A DNA stretch of 63,101 bases, counting the filler, from Folioceros fuciformis (taxonomy: Eukaryota): assembly GCA_049999805.1 (NCBI GenBank). It is 6 parts of 6 records of this genome, joined end to end, with 100 filler letters (N's around TTAATTAATTAA, not from the genome) between each part and the next. Parts side by side here need not be neighbours in the genome. Positions count along the whole stretch, not along the records: positions 1 to 14,490 come from JBNGIO010001192.1; positions 14,591 to 29,865 come from JBNGIO010001194.1; 4 more parts are not named here. The stretch is one strand, 5' to 3'. The notes below the pieces were generated by a model. It was not told the origin of the DNA. It ran no database searches and saw only the letters and a list, made by a program, of their open reading frames with translations. Shown here one piece after another: positions 12,148 to 24,863 of the stretch. Within the stretch, counting starts at the first letter, position 1. The number at the start of each line of letters is the position of its first letter. The position numbers and the translations under genes were made by a program.

Positions 12148-13952
12148 TTAGCGAGCAAAGTCTCCCTGACCAAAGTAACGTCCAGATACAGTAATCAACA
12201 TGTTGAGCCTCACAAGCTCATCATCGCAACTGCTTTTCGCGGCGCGGAGAACAGCGCATCTTCTGTACAAATCCCTGAATGAGGCGCTGGTGTCCGCGTC
12301 CAGTGGCTTGTCCACCACAGCAGCAAGGGCAAACAGCCAACAGGCCTGACGCTCTGGCAATCCTTTGACGTTTCCCAGCCACAAAACATGATTCCTTAAC
12401 AAGGCTGCCCGTGACACTTCGTCTAAGCTAAGTAAAACAGCTGCATATGGTAGCAGAACAGGCTTCCGCTCCTTGGGCGTCTGCGCTCTGAAAGCCTGGT
12501 TCACGCCATTTGCATTATCTCTAGCAGATACCTTTACGTCTCCGTTAGATGTATGATCGTGGACACCGTTTGGGATACCTTCGCCGTTCTGAAAATGAAG
12601 TTCAAGACTAGCCTCCATGTTCTCCTCCTTGAATCCGAAATCCGTTTCGGCGACATGTAGTTCACTACCAGCTCCAGTCTCCTGTGGCTCAAAATACATC
12701 TTAGCACTCTGCACAGTTTGACCTTCATAAACGACACTTGCACCGCAGATACTTTCGTTAAGTTCAGCTCCAAAACTTCTGCCGTAAAGTTGTACCTCAG
12801 GTTCGATTTCACAGTCAAGCAGACTTGCAGCCTTCAGCTTCATAGTCGCTAGCTCGACGGAGCCATTATAATCATCGACTGAAACTTCATCACAGCTGTG
12901 AGCATCGCCCTCGACAGGTGACACCTTCTCCTGAACACATTGGTCTTCATCGTCACTAAACTGAGCAGGTTCACGTGTACCGAAACAGAATACCTGCCAA
13001 GCTGCCTTGTTCTGGACTGGTGGCAGCAAAGAGTGCCGTTCTGCTGGGTCGACCATTCCCGCAAGTCTCTAAACACACAGATCCAGGTTCAGAGTAAGTT
13101 CGATCCCATGCTGAATGTCACGAGACTCATCCTTGGTTACTAACCAGACGCAAGTCGGAAAAGTCTGCCAGAAACTCCGTTTCCCACGCCCTTGAAGGCA
13201 GAAGCTCTGAAGCACAAGCCGGGGCAGCAGCGATCTGCGGAATGTAAATCGTTTGAACAGCAGAAAACTTCTTTGGATTGATCTTCGAGACTTTCACTTT
13301 CGGACACCGAGCTGCCTCCCATCTAAAAGCCAACCGGCCATCAGCCGCAGAGAAACAAAGCACTCTCTCACCAGAAAATCAAAGCGCAAAACCCTCATAC
13401 CTGACTCTTCGCAAGTACTCCATTCCATCCTGCGGGGGACCATCCTCAAAATTAGGTTCTCCGTAAACCAAAAACGCTGGAGTCTGGGAACTCTCATTCT
13501 CGCTGTCCGAGTCCGCATACACATCGTCCACTTCCACGACCTCCGACTCGGGGACGACAGGATCGTATTCGAGGTCATGCGTCTTCTGTTTCGCATCAAA
13601 CAACACTACGCCTATAGCAAGCAAGCCGCAGAGTCAGTCCTTCCTGCCAACACAAACCAGAATGGAGCCCTAATGTTAAAGCAGACATGCACCGAGCACA
13701 AGGGAACGGAACAGCAACACCTGAAGAACGAGAAGAGTCTTTCTCAGCGCCGCGACACCGCCTATCCACATTCCGCTTCCGCACGAAAGGGATAGCTTTC
13801 TCCTCGTCCAGCTGGAACAGCTCGTGAACCACGGAGTTTGAACTGAGGAGAAAATCGTTCCAGGCAGAAGAATTTGAAGCATGCTCCCGCAACGCAAGGA
13901 GCGTATCCCTGTCGTAGCGCACCCGCGCGGCGTTGCCACAGACCATTCCCAT
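12148..13952 (-). CDS. GEMIN2: GEMIN2/SIP1 (SMN-complex protein); exons ~13952-13721, 13611-13401, 13322-13145, 13068-12148
   Basis: GEPNFEDGPPQDGMEYLRRVR|WEAARCPKVKV and C-terminal WLFALAAVVDKPLDADTSASFRDL...NMLITVSGRYFGQ; GT-AG introns join the exons in frame. Confidence 0.88.
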
Positions 13953-14490
13953 GCCTTCCCTTGCAGACGCTACTTTCACAACACAGTGTCCATGATAGTC
14001 GACACCTCGACTGCCTCTTCTCCCTGTAAATATCCCTATGAAACAACCACGAGTACAACCATCACGACGCAGCCAATTCGTCTGTTCTACCCTGACCCTC
14101 CCGTCCCTCCTTCTTGCCCTCCTCTAATGGACTCTTCCCATCATTTTTCGCATCAGCGAAGTCTCGTACACCGCATCCCCTCGTGATACTCCCTCACGAA
14201 CTCGTGCCACTACATCCATGAAGGGATCAGCCTCGCACGAGAGTCACGCAGCCTTGCATGAAATGCATAAAGCCCTGACCCTAGCTTGGGAAGGGTCTGT
14301 TTTATGTAGTTATGTTAACAGTAATTTCATTTAATATATTAAGAAGATATCCAAGATTTTAAAAGTTTTATATAGCCAATCCTACCCTCTAGGGTATGGA
14401 AATCATATATTAAATTGTATTGGATCTTGTTCACAAGAAAACCTGCATCTTATAGATAGTATATATAAAAATACATCTTATATATATCTT

Positions 14491-14590
14491 NNNNNNNNNN
14501 NNNNNNNNNNNNNNNNNNNNNNNNNNNNNNNNNNTTAATTAATTAANNNNNNNNNNNNNNNNNNNNNNNNNNNNNNNNNNNNNNNNNNNN
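14491..14590. other. Assembly gap with artificial six-frame-stop linker
   Basis: N44-TTAATTAATTAA-N44. Confidence 0.97.
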
Positions 14591-14599
14591 ATTCTCCTT

Positions 14600-15430
14600 A
14601 GCCTTTGCTCTTGCCAACCATAACTCATGTTCCATCGCTTCCAAATCCATGTATTTTCTTGATGTCCAAATCAAAAAATTTTAATTACTTAACTAAAACA
14701 TTAAAGATCCATTTTGCGCATGTACTTGTTATGTTGGCTAACTTCAAAAATTTCATTCATATCGTCTTATTATGCAACTAATAAACATAAATGATTATGT
14801 ATCGCACCATTGCCTTGGCTGTCCCTTTTTCTATGAGTGTTACAAATAATGGACTTGCATGCAAACTCTCATGTTGTTGTTCACATAAAAAATTGGTGGT
14901 GAGAATCACATGCTCCTTCTAAGCATTATTTGTAAGATATGTATTATATGTCTTCACTTCTGAAATGTCTTTCATCCCAATATCCTCCATAAACTCACAA
15001 AGGTCTTCGTATATATGGAAACTCAAATCCTTTGTAGCAATGAAGTAGGTCAACTTCAACAGATTGAAAAACTTCTTTTCCTTCTTGGAAAATTGCATTG
15101 TCGAAGTTCATTATATGGTAAGTATTCAACATTAGTTGAAGCTTGTTCTATGTACAATGACGTTAAATGATATGTGCTCTTTTAAAAGTTCTGGCTACTA
15201 GCTTTACCCAACCTTGATTTGTAGTCATTACTTGCTCGCTACACCATGACCATGTTTTTCACAAACGATACAAACAATTCAATTCCCTCCCTTGATTGAG
15301 CGCAACTCCACCTAATAAAATGCAACCTCTCATTCTTCCTTGAAGACTCTTGGCTTTTGTATCTTTCGTCTTTTTGTACTTGGTTGGCTTGCTTGGCTAG
15401 TGTCTTCACTTCTTGCTTGGTCATCACGTG
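14600..15430 (-). mobile_element. Degenerate hAT-superfamily (ZNF862-like) transposase fragment
   Basis: Minus-strand translation KKFFNLLKLTYFIATKDLSFHIYEDLCEFMEDIG (~14980-15085) resembles the YxIAKxxxPFxxYxxLC hAT motif; many stops, AT-rich. Confidence 0.55.
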
Positions 15431-17504
15431 GAGCCTCTCTAGAAAAACTACATATTGAACTTTGAGAAAAAATGAGTTATTTTTACATATAGATTAAAAA
15501 ATGCACACAAATAGTCGGAAAAAAAAGCTCTAAAAGAGAAGAAGTTAAAATTACATGAGCTCAAGGAAAAATGAACTCTAAACCCAAAGAGCTTAAAAAG
15601 AGATGAGCTTTAAAAGAAAAAAAAAAAGTACTTACCACAAAAGAGCAGTAAGAGAAAGGAACAAGGAGCACACCACGAGATTGCTTCACATCTGGTGTTC
15701 CTAGTTAAATAGGGAGGCAAGAGGTACAGGGGGTATTTGAGGATGGTGAGCTAGTAGCATTTGAGGTTGAAGGCACCCTAGATCCTTCCAGGTAGAGCGG
15801 AACTTGCAGATGGCAGTGGCAAGATGCAGTGCTAAGGCACCCTAGACTCTTATAGGTAGAGCGGAACTTGCAAATGGCGGTGGCAAGATGTGGTGCTCTT
15901 GTACGTAGACCTTGTGGACTGTGTCGCATTTGCTAATGAACCAATAGAGGGAGTTGACCTTATAGATTGTCCTTGTGGGCTGCAGTGACTATGGGAATTG
16001 TCACTGCAAAGTGGGTGGCACACTGCGTTGCAAGTGGCATATGTAGAGTGTAGTGGGGCTTGAATTGTCGTGTGTCGTAACTTGCACCATGCAACTGTAA
16101 GTCACAGGTAGAAGCTGAATACGATGATTGCAAATGTAGGTTATCATGAAGGGTGTGGCAGTGGTTTGTGTTGCGGTATGCATTACAAATTCAATGCTGG
16201 ACACATCCTTGCAAGTGTAGGTTGAGGATGTTCTAGATGGAGGGCTTGTAGAACCCTTGGACACTGCGTTGTAGATGACAGGATGCAGAAAACCTAAGAA
16301 GCCCTTGGAAAATGCTTGTCTAAACCCATTCCCCCTAATGTATGGTTCATTGCCCCCTACATACGATGTAGCATCACGATCGTTGTGTTGCGTGGAGGGA
16401 GAAAGACATGGCTAGTGATTTAGCCTTGCCTGAAGGGAAAATGGCTTGGGTTCGAGTGAAGGAGGAGATAGAGAGCATATTGCCTTTAGTATGATGTCCT
16501 CAACGTGATCTCATGGACCCTTGAAACTCTTAACCCTTAAGGAGATCGTGTGAAGGAAGCATTATATTGATATGTTGTGTGCGATGGGTGAGAGGGAGAG
16601 GGAAAAAAAAAACTGATATGTGGGTGATGGCTGGATCAGGATGGGTAGATTAGGATGCCCCAAAAGCAGCCTACTATCGAAACAACTAGACCAATTAGCT
16701 TAAAAAACGGGATCCTATAGTATATGATAGTGTTGGGTATTCCATACCCCATCAAAGGTTGAGGATAAATGGGATTAAATTTTAGAAGGTGAAATTTCCT
16801 TGTTATATGGAGTGGAATAATTTTTTTTCTTTGTGTATCAAGATATGTTGTGCACGTTTTTTGTATGCCCCATTTGAGATTGAAGACGAATAGGATCAAT
16901 TTTGAGATGAGGAATTTTTTTCACCATACGTGATGGGATAATTTTGTTTTAAGTGTTTCACATATATTGTCACTATGAACATGATGAGAATAATATTCCA
17001 TATTTGTGTTAACTATGTACATTGATATGAATCAATTCTTAGGGTGTATATAAACTTGTAATCTAACTAGAAATATAAAATTAATATGGCCTTTTCAATC
17101 TCCATAACCATGCTTAATATTTTATTCAAGTTATGTGATTCAGTAAAGTAGATTTTACGTAAGTAGGTTAATGCATATTAAATAGTATTTTTATTAAAAA
17201 AAATCTTTGTTAAAATTACTTTAAAATGACTTATAGATATAAATATTATTATCAAGTTAATATTTTATTTTTTTAATCTCAATGCAATGTATAATTATAG
17301 GTAAAATTTTAACCTTTGATCCTCTTTAAATTATTCTCTGGGGCGGTAAAAACTTTCATCCCGTTTTCAATAATATATATCACGCTATTATATTCATACG
17401 TCTCTATAGAAAAAGTCAGATTTGGACATCGGGACTTCTTTGCCGTCGCCCCTCTGAATCGACGAAAATTTCTGTCTTCGGGGGTTGCCTTTCTCGGGAG
17501 AGCC

Positions 17505-18622
17505 ATGACGACAGCTGCACGGCCAACATGGGCGCCGGCCAAGGGTGGCCATGAGCAGGGGGGAGTGCGCATGTTCGGGGCCTCCCAAAAGTTTTCCTCA
17601 CGGGATCTCGCGTCTCACACCACTCTCAAGCTCAGGTATGGCGCGAAGGTGTTTACAGCGATTTAGTGATCAAGGTGTGGCTGGTTGTAGAGTGTTGTCA
17701 TGAACGCTGAATTGATTCTGGGAGCGATGGTATGTGCACGGCTGGTTGCCCTAGTGGGAGATGAAATCTATTCTGCTGCGCAGGAAGGATGGGCAGGACA
17801 CCACAGAGGAGTTGAAGAAGCGGAGTATTAGGGAAGAGCTCGAGGACCGGGAGAGGAGGCACTTCTCGTCCAAGGACCGGAGTTACGGCTCGTCTAGCGT
17901 TAGAAGAGAGGAGGAAAAGGTCCTAGCCATCAAGAACATTGATGCAGACGACTCGGATGTGGAGGCTCAAGCTTCGGACGAAAGGTATGTGTGTTGGCCT
18001 GTCGTGAACTCTTTGCTAGCTTACCTGGATGACGGATTGATGGTTGGTGTGGTAGGGTAAGTATTGCCCTTGACAAATTAGGGTTTTGTTTGTTTTTGTA
18101 TGCAGTGATGACGACGATGACGAAGATGAGACTGCTGCCTTGATGGCAGAGTTGGAGCGGATAAAAAAGGAAAGGGCTGAGGAGGCTCTGCGCAAGGTGA
18201 GTTTTTTTCCTGCTTCTTTGTGACAGATGTGGCCAAGTGCTAGTTGAGGTCCTGGACTAGTGTACCGGGTCCAGGTAGAGAAGGGTTTTCTTACACTGTA
18301 TCGTGAATGCAGCAAAGGCAGCAGCAGGAGGACGAAATGAAAGTAAAGGAAGCTGAGATGATAAGAGGAAATCCTCTGATGAATCCCACGTCGTTTGCAG
18401 TCAAGCGGAGGTGCTGCCATATCTATCGCTTAAGCGCTTCTGAGAAGGACTTTCTTTCTCCATTGGTGTCTAACTACCTTTTCCCCCTTGGTGCACAGGT
18501 GGGATGACGATGTTGTCTTTAAAAATCAAGCTCGAGGGGAACCGAAGGTGACCAAGCGCTTTATCAACGACACAATACGAAACGACTTTCACAGAAAGTT
18601 CTTAAACAAGTACATGAAGTAG
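17505..18622 (+). CDS. CWC15: Spliceosome-associated protein CWC15/Cwf15; exons 17505-17635, 17784-17984, 18106-18196, 18313-18410, 18499-18622
   Basis: [15 protein letters not shown]...[43 protein letters not shown]...[24 protein letters not shown] introns in frame. Confidence 0.95.
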
Positions 18623-18693
18623 GAGGCCTGCTGTCATGTCCCTTAATGGCGGGGAAGCTTGTTCATTGAGATTTGGATGGTATATCCTGTGCC

Positions 18694-18965
18694 GTCAAGC
18701 GGAGGTACTGCCATTTCTCTTCCTTGAGTGCTCCGGTTAAGGATTTTCGTCCCTCATTGCTGTCTCACTACCTTGTCTGCCTGGGCGCGCAGATTGGATG
18801 ACGATGTTGTCTTCAACCTCGAGGGAAAGCGAAGGTGGCCGAGGGCTTCATCAGTGGCAAAGTACAAAACGACTTTGTACAGGAAATTCTTGAACGAATA
18901 CAAGTAGTAGGAGGTCCTTCACACTCTCTTATTGGTGTAGAGCTGGGAAGCCTGTTCCTTGAGAA
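18694..18965 (+). pseudogene. Degenerate tandem copy of CWC15 last intron, last exon and 3'UTR start
   Basis: gtcaagcggag|gtactgccat...gcag|attggatgacgatgttgtcttc...aacgacttt...gtaggagg...gggaagc..gttc.ttgag mirrors 18400-18672, with indels. Confidence 0.85.
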
Positions 18966-19643
18966 TTGTTGAAGTAAGCCATGTCTCCTATTATTGGAGG
19001 CTCTCCTCTGTACAGGAGCAAATACACTGTTCTGACACTAGGTCTAGCCGTGCCGCTCTTTCACTTCTGCGGGTGTGGTGGTTTTTTTTTTTTTTTCTCA
19101 GATGAACATTGTGTGCGCTTCCGCTTTTCCCTTTCGTGTGTATTGTGTGATCTTCCCCTCCTTTTCGCTTTGTGTACGAACAGGAACCGCGGAACAGGTG
19201 GTTGCCCGGGCCCCCACAAGGATAGTGGCCTGCCGGCTGTACGGCGCTTTAATTTCCTGATGGCTGTTAGACGACGAGATAAGTTTCGGCCAGATAGCAT
19301 GCACCCCTGGAGGTTCGACCCAAGGGGTTACCTTACGTACGGTCGATGAATTGACGATCGAGAATTTGTGGGCGGATTCATGCATCCAGCTAACTGGGCT
19401 CGCTGAGACATGCATCGAACATCGGCTTTCAGCCCTATCAAGGGTCTTATTCTGCTGGGTAGCCTGTTGCTGTTGAAAGAGATTTCTCAGCGAACACTGG
19501 CTCCTTTCAAGCACGGCATTCCAGCACAGTTCGCACTTGACATGACTGGATTGGTTGTGGGGTTAAATGCCGGACAAACGAAAGATACAGACAAGTTGAA
19601 AACCTTCCATTCTTGTCTAGACATACGCAGACACTGGCCAGAG

Positions 19644-22512
19644 ATGACAGGAGGCGCGCGGGTATCTTATTTCAGAATTGTGTCCGCCCAAGTTCTCAAG
19701 TTTTCTATGGGGGTGATTGTAGTCTGGTGGCTTGCACTTTGGGTGCTGAGGCTCTTTGCACGAGGATGGAAACCCGTTAGCATGTCAGTGACTCAAGCGA
19801 CGGACTGGAAATCGGTGTATGGAAACTCAGGTGATGGACCAACTTTGAAACTTAAAGTTCCATGGTACAATCGTTGTGCACATGTGATGACTTCACGAAA
19901 GAAGTCACTGAGTTCATTACAGTTTCCATATCCTACAGCTGGCTACTTCCTCCTGTTCGATGCTCCGGTCTTTGCAGTTGTATTATTGGCTGCTCTGTAC
20001 CTGCAGCTCAAGACAACAACTCGTGCACCACAACTCATGCTGTAAGCTGCCACGGAGTTGAGAGACCATTCTATTCCACTCTTCCAGATGAAATCTGCTG
20101 CCTTGTTGGGAATGTTACCGAAAAGCATCCTTAATGGTTTGTCAGGCCTGATTGGAGGGAGGGGCGACGTCGAGTGAGCCCATTCACATACCCATTGATC
20201 ATTCATGGGCCTTTAGGCATCGTGACAGCAGCGGAGCTCCTTGCTTTGGCGTCCTTTCTCATCCTGCTTTCTGTGATCGAGGGCTTCTACTGGAAATACG
20301 AATTTGAGGGTGTGGCCCCCAGAATTGTCAGGAAAACGTAATTCCAAGTATAAACCCCTCTTCCAGCTATGCTCCAAACTGTTCCGCAGGTTGATCTGTC
20401 CTTCATTTCCTGCCTAACCACTTGGACCTTCTCCTTCTTGTTGTATTCTCCCGATGAGCCACCCTCACACTATAGCAAGTACCTGTTGTCAAGCTGAAGG
20501 CCTTGTTCGCATTCAGGTGGCAGGCAAAAGTGGACAGTGCGAGCCACAAAACAGGCCACGCGGCATTGGTGTGCTTAGCAATTATCTTTTTCCCAGTCGC
20601 CAGGGGATCCATTCTTCTGCGGCTCGTCGACATTCCATTCGATCAAGCAGTCAAGTACCACAAATGGTTGGCCAACATCATGATGGTCGCTGTTGTCGCC
20701 CACGGCATAACCTGCTCCATGTACACGCACATGGTCGGCCACAGTCTCTGGGCTTCGGTGAGGTTGTCCGCCATCGGTTACGAGTGTCTTCCTGAAGCAC
20801 TGCTGTATTCACATACCCTTAAGTAACACCCTGCTGGTTGCAACACGCAGCTCTGCGAATGGAACAAGACCGGTTTCAATAACCTTGCCGGAACCATAGC
20901 TGCCGTCACAGGAATTCTCATATGGGCCACGAGCCTGCCGCAAGCTCGGAAGCACCTGTTCGAAGTTTTCTCCACCGTTCACCAGCTCTACATAATTTTT
21001 GTGGTGTTCACTGCGCTGCATGTAGGGGAGAAAATGTTCGACTCTGCTATGGCCGGCATCTTCCTCTTCTTTCTTGACCGCCTCCTCAGATTCACACAAT
21101 CCCAAAAAGCTGTGAGTCTCCTGTCAGTCCGCAGCTATCCAGGTGACACTGTGGAGTTGGTTCTCGCCAGGCACCCAAGTACGTCCTCTCCCCTGGTTTC
21201 CACGCTGATCTTTGCCTTGGAGCTGCGTCCATCTATCTGATCCTGTAACGCAGGTCTCAAGTACACTTCAGCCAATTTTCTATTCGTGCGAATCCCTACT
21301 ATATCCCGATGGCAGTGGCATCCCTTCACCATCACCTCAATTTCCAGTGTGGGTGACCGCATGAACATCCTAGTGAAGGCTGTGAAGCGGCAAGGGGCCT
21401 GGACACACCAGCTCAAGCAAATGGTGGATTCTCATTTCTCACCATCTTCTTCGAAAGTCCCACCTTCTGTCTCTGTCGAGGGTCCCTACGGCCACCATCA
21501 CAGCTACTTTCTACGGTACTTTCCATCCATGTTCCACCACTAAAGTTGAGATTTGTGGTTGTTGTGGCTTGAGTTCGGCTCAAGCCTCAACAACCATAGC
21601 ACGGAACTGATGAAGTGTCCCTGTTCCGAGCCAGCAGGTATCGCTCCTTGATCCTGGTGGCTGGAGGAAGCGGCATCACACCCTTCATTGCCATGTTACA
21701 GGACATTCTCCAGCGACCCCTGATGCAACAGCCTTGTTTACCAGAGGATGTGACTCTTACGTGGGCGGTGAAGACATCCTCCGAGATCTTGGTTCTGACA
21801 AACTCTCTGACGCTGCCACCCACTGACTACACAACCCCGATCACCTTGGACCTGCAGGCGTTCGTGACCGACAAGGTGTGCCCGAACTGGGAAGAAGACC
21901 ACGTGCAACAGGTGGACTTCATACTCAGAGGAAATGTCCAGCCACCAGGTGTTAATTCTGCAATGTCCAACTGGGGTGCGGTAACCATACCAGCAGGTTG
22001 CGTGCTAGGTTACCTGTGCATATGGGGCGCCATCTCACACTACCACGTCCAGGTGTGGGAACCCGAGTGGGCACGAACTCTGCTCAGACTCCTGGCCATA
22101 GCTCTGGCTGCCGCGATCTTTGGAGGAGTTAACCTTCTCTTCTCCTTCGCCGCCAAACTACCTGAGAAATCAGAGGAGCAACTGCATCAAAGTGGCGTGT
22201 TTGACAAGGCAGTCCTTCGCGTACATTCCGGCCAGCGGCCTAATCTAGAAGGTAAACGCAGGGCTGGAAAGGACTGACAGTTCCGCTGGCTGAAAAGACG
22301 CCGCTAAACCGCAACGAAGTGACACCATTGGTTTCACGGTTGCAGAGATGTTCGAAGAGTCAGCGAAGAGACTGGCGGGGGAACATGTGGGGGTATTTGT
22401 GTGCGGACCTGAGAAGATGCAACAGTCCGTGGCCGAGGAATGTCGAAGGCACAGCTCCTTGCTTGGAAGCAAGGTTGCCTTCCACTTCCACTGTCTGAGC
22501 TTCCACTTGTGA
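19644..22512 (+). CDS. FRO: Ferric reduction oxidase (FRO family); exons ~19644-19830, 19939-20041, 20146-20337, 20517-20757, 20851-21178, 21254-21515, 21638-22251, 22346-22512
   Basis: GPLGIVTAAE, FPVARGSILLRLVDIPFDQAVKYHKWL, QWHPFTITS (FAD), VEGPYG and LVAGGSGITPF (NADPH), VFVCGPEKMQ, FHFHCLSFHL*; splice phases consistent. Confidence 0.92.
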
Positions 22513-22784
22513 TGATACAGGGAAGAGCAGACAATCGTACAGAAAACAGAAAACGACTGAATCGGACGCTGCGAGAAAACTGGACGCTTTCAATTGAAGC
22601 AAAAAAATGCTGTGCCGACTTGTCTCAATCTGTCAAAACCGCTGCCTAGACAAGTAACCTCATCCCAACTTATTCAATTGCCCGTTGCTGAAGAGCCAGC
22701 AAAGGGATAATGTAAAATGAGCCTCTTCTCCGCGTAACGTCTTAGAACCCCAACAAGGGAGCTGCAATGGCCCCCTCACCTCCC

Positions 22785-23135
22785 TCACTCAGCGGTGGAC
22801 TTCTTCAAGTAGGAAATCAGGTCCGCACGCTCCTGAGGCTTCTTCAGCCCTGGGAACACCATCTTCGTGCCTGGAATGTACTTCTTCGGGTTCCACAGGT
22901 ACTCGTACAGAGTATCTTCATCCCAGTGCACGGCCTTGGTCTTGTTGGCGCTCGAGTATGAATACCCTTCTGCCGTCCCGGATTGCCTCCCAAACAGGCC
23001 GTGGAGATTCGGGCCCTGCCGGTGGCCGGCCCCTTTCTCCACGACGTGACACTGAGAGCACTTGGTCTTAAAAATTTTCTCTCCCGACTTTTCGTTACCC
23101 TCTGGTGCTTCCTTGAACGAACCAGGAGACGCCAT
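22785..23135 (-). CDS. CYTC: Mitochondrial cytochrome c, intronless CDS, probable 5'UTR intron (~23153-23278)
   Basis: [33 protein letters not shown] (CXXCH), [18 protein letters not shown]. Confidence 0.98.
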   Translation of the reverse strand: MASPGSFKEAPEGNEKSGEKIFKTKCSQCHVVEKGAGHRQGPNLHGLFGRQSGTAEGYSYSSANKTKAVHWDEDTLYEYLWNPKKYIPGTKMVFPGLKKPQERADLISYLKKSTAE

Positions 23136-24863
23136 TTCTAATCAAGTACAACCTAAGCAGCCGTGGACGTGAGCGTCAGTCACCACCTAGGGCTTCCCGA
23201 ACACCTCCAAGCGAAAAATGGCAGCAGGAGCATCCGGCTGCTGTTGCAGAATTGATCATACAACGAGAGAAACTTACCTCGACGGAATCACGGTCGAGCG
23301 ATCCCTCGCTCGCAAAAGCCAAAATATCTCCCTCTAAAATTCCAAAACCTGTCGACAACCAGCTCATGCAGCTCAGTCCTCCACATTCACAGTCAGCTCC
23401 GAATCGGCAGGCAGCGATAGAAGCGTGATCCAGCAGAGCAATCCAGGCCCCCGTGTCACACACACAAGCAAGCTAATTTCATATGCACAGCCTCAGATCC
23501 ACAACATTCCAGCACCGAGTCGCACCCTCCGCCAAAGCCTCCGCTCACCACAACATTCCCCGCCACACCGCAGCTCAGAGACAACAGCGACACCGCCGGC
23601 CTTCTCAGACAAGCGTCATCCCTAAAACCTGCGTTTCGAACCTCGAGCACGTACCGTGGTCCAGCACCAACAGTAGCGACTGCCTTCTTGCGGTCCAGAG
23701 AGCCACAGCCACCAAGACGCAAACGAGGCGGGGCGTCGAGCTCCACCACCGCTCGATCACCAGCTCCTTCCGCAGACGTTCCAACAACCCAACAGCTCTG
23801 CACGGATCCTTAAGGGCGGCGAGAAAGCGGAGGCAAGCAACTGCACCGAAGAGAAGCCACGCCACGCGCCGATGGTGGTCCGCAATTTCGTTTAGAGAGA
23901 GTATGTTGGAATATACCTAACCAGTTGCACCTTGAGATTTTCTCGTTCATTAAGCTAAGTATGCTAATTGAGAGGGGGAATGTAATGGCACAACAACGCC
24001 TCCTCGCCTCGCCTGTTCAGGCCCCGTGGAGTCTATGCACAATTTTCATCGCACTCAACTTTGACAGACTCTTTGGCAAGTTCTCCACAACTCTCTCCAT
24101 CCAAAGCTCACAACTCAATTTCCTCTTAAGGAAACCAGCTTTCCTCGCACCAAGCCCGCATTTGCTGTAGCCTTCTCTAGATCATCCTCCTATATCCTAT
24201 AGACAATCACTCTTTGTGGAATTCTACATGAAGCATGTAACAAATGCATCTTCAACAAGAATCAACTCTTTCAAGAATTCTACACAATCATGCAAAACAC
24301 ATGCATCTTCAACATGCAGTTGCAATATTAATTTTTTACTTTTCACTATATCATTTGACTTGTACCTTTATTTTGCAAATCAAGTGTCGTTACTTGAACC
24401 CCAATTAGTTCACTAATTGTGGCCTGGAGTTTGGGGCATTAGAAAGAGGATTCCGAATTTTCTACGGAACCATATATGCTCTTCAGCAGACGTGTAGGGT
24501 GGAAACCGAGTCCCAGACGTGGAAGCCGCGTGGCCCTCTGTTCACAGTTACACGTTGCCTTGGTTGTACAAGGTGCAGCGTTGGGGTTGCTGGTGGGAGC
24601 TGCCGGGTTGCAGAACACAACCGACAGACTCCCTTGTCATTCCAATCGGGCCAAGGCACGTGGAGCGAGTCATAACAATCTTAGCGAAAATCTCCCCGAC
24701 AGCAAAGAACGTCAACACCCAAGGTCTTCAATTCTAGGGTTCTTTGGGTAGTTGCGTCTTTGCGACTGTACAACATGTAGGATCCGAGGAATCAACTAGG
24801 CTACAAAACTGAAAAAAGAAATGCTGTCCAAGCCGGGGAAGGCCCATATCCACGATAATCTTC

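Noticed and set aside
14535..14546. Recurrent TTAATTAATTAA motif as a biological element
   Set aside because: Always centred in N runs; synthetic six-frame-stop scaffold linker
21600..21635. Hammerhead-like CTGATGA in a FRO intron
   Set aside because: No matching GAAA core or stem II/III arrangement
11109..23135. Heme/iron gene cluster (HEMD, FRO, cytochrome c) or RNA-processing cluster (GEMIN2, CWC15, La)
   Set aside because: Split by an assembly gap and TE DNA and interleaved with unrelated genes; chance proximity in a compact genome is sufficient
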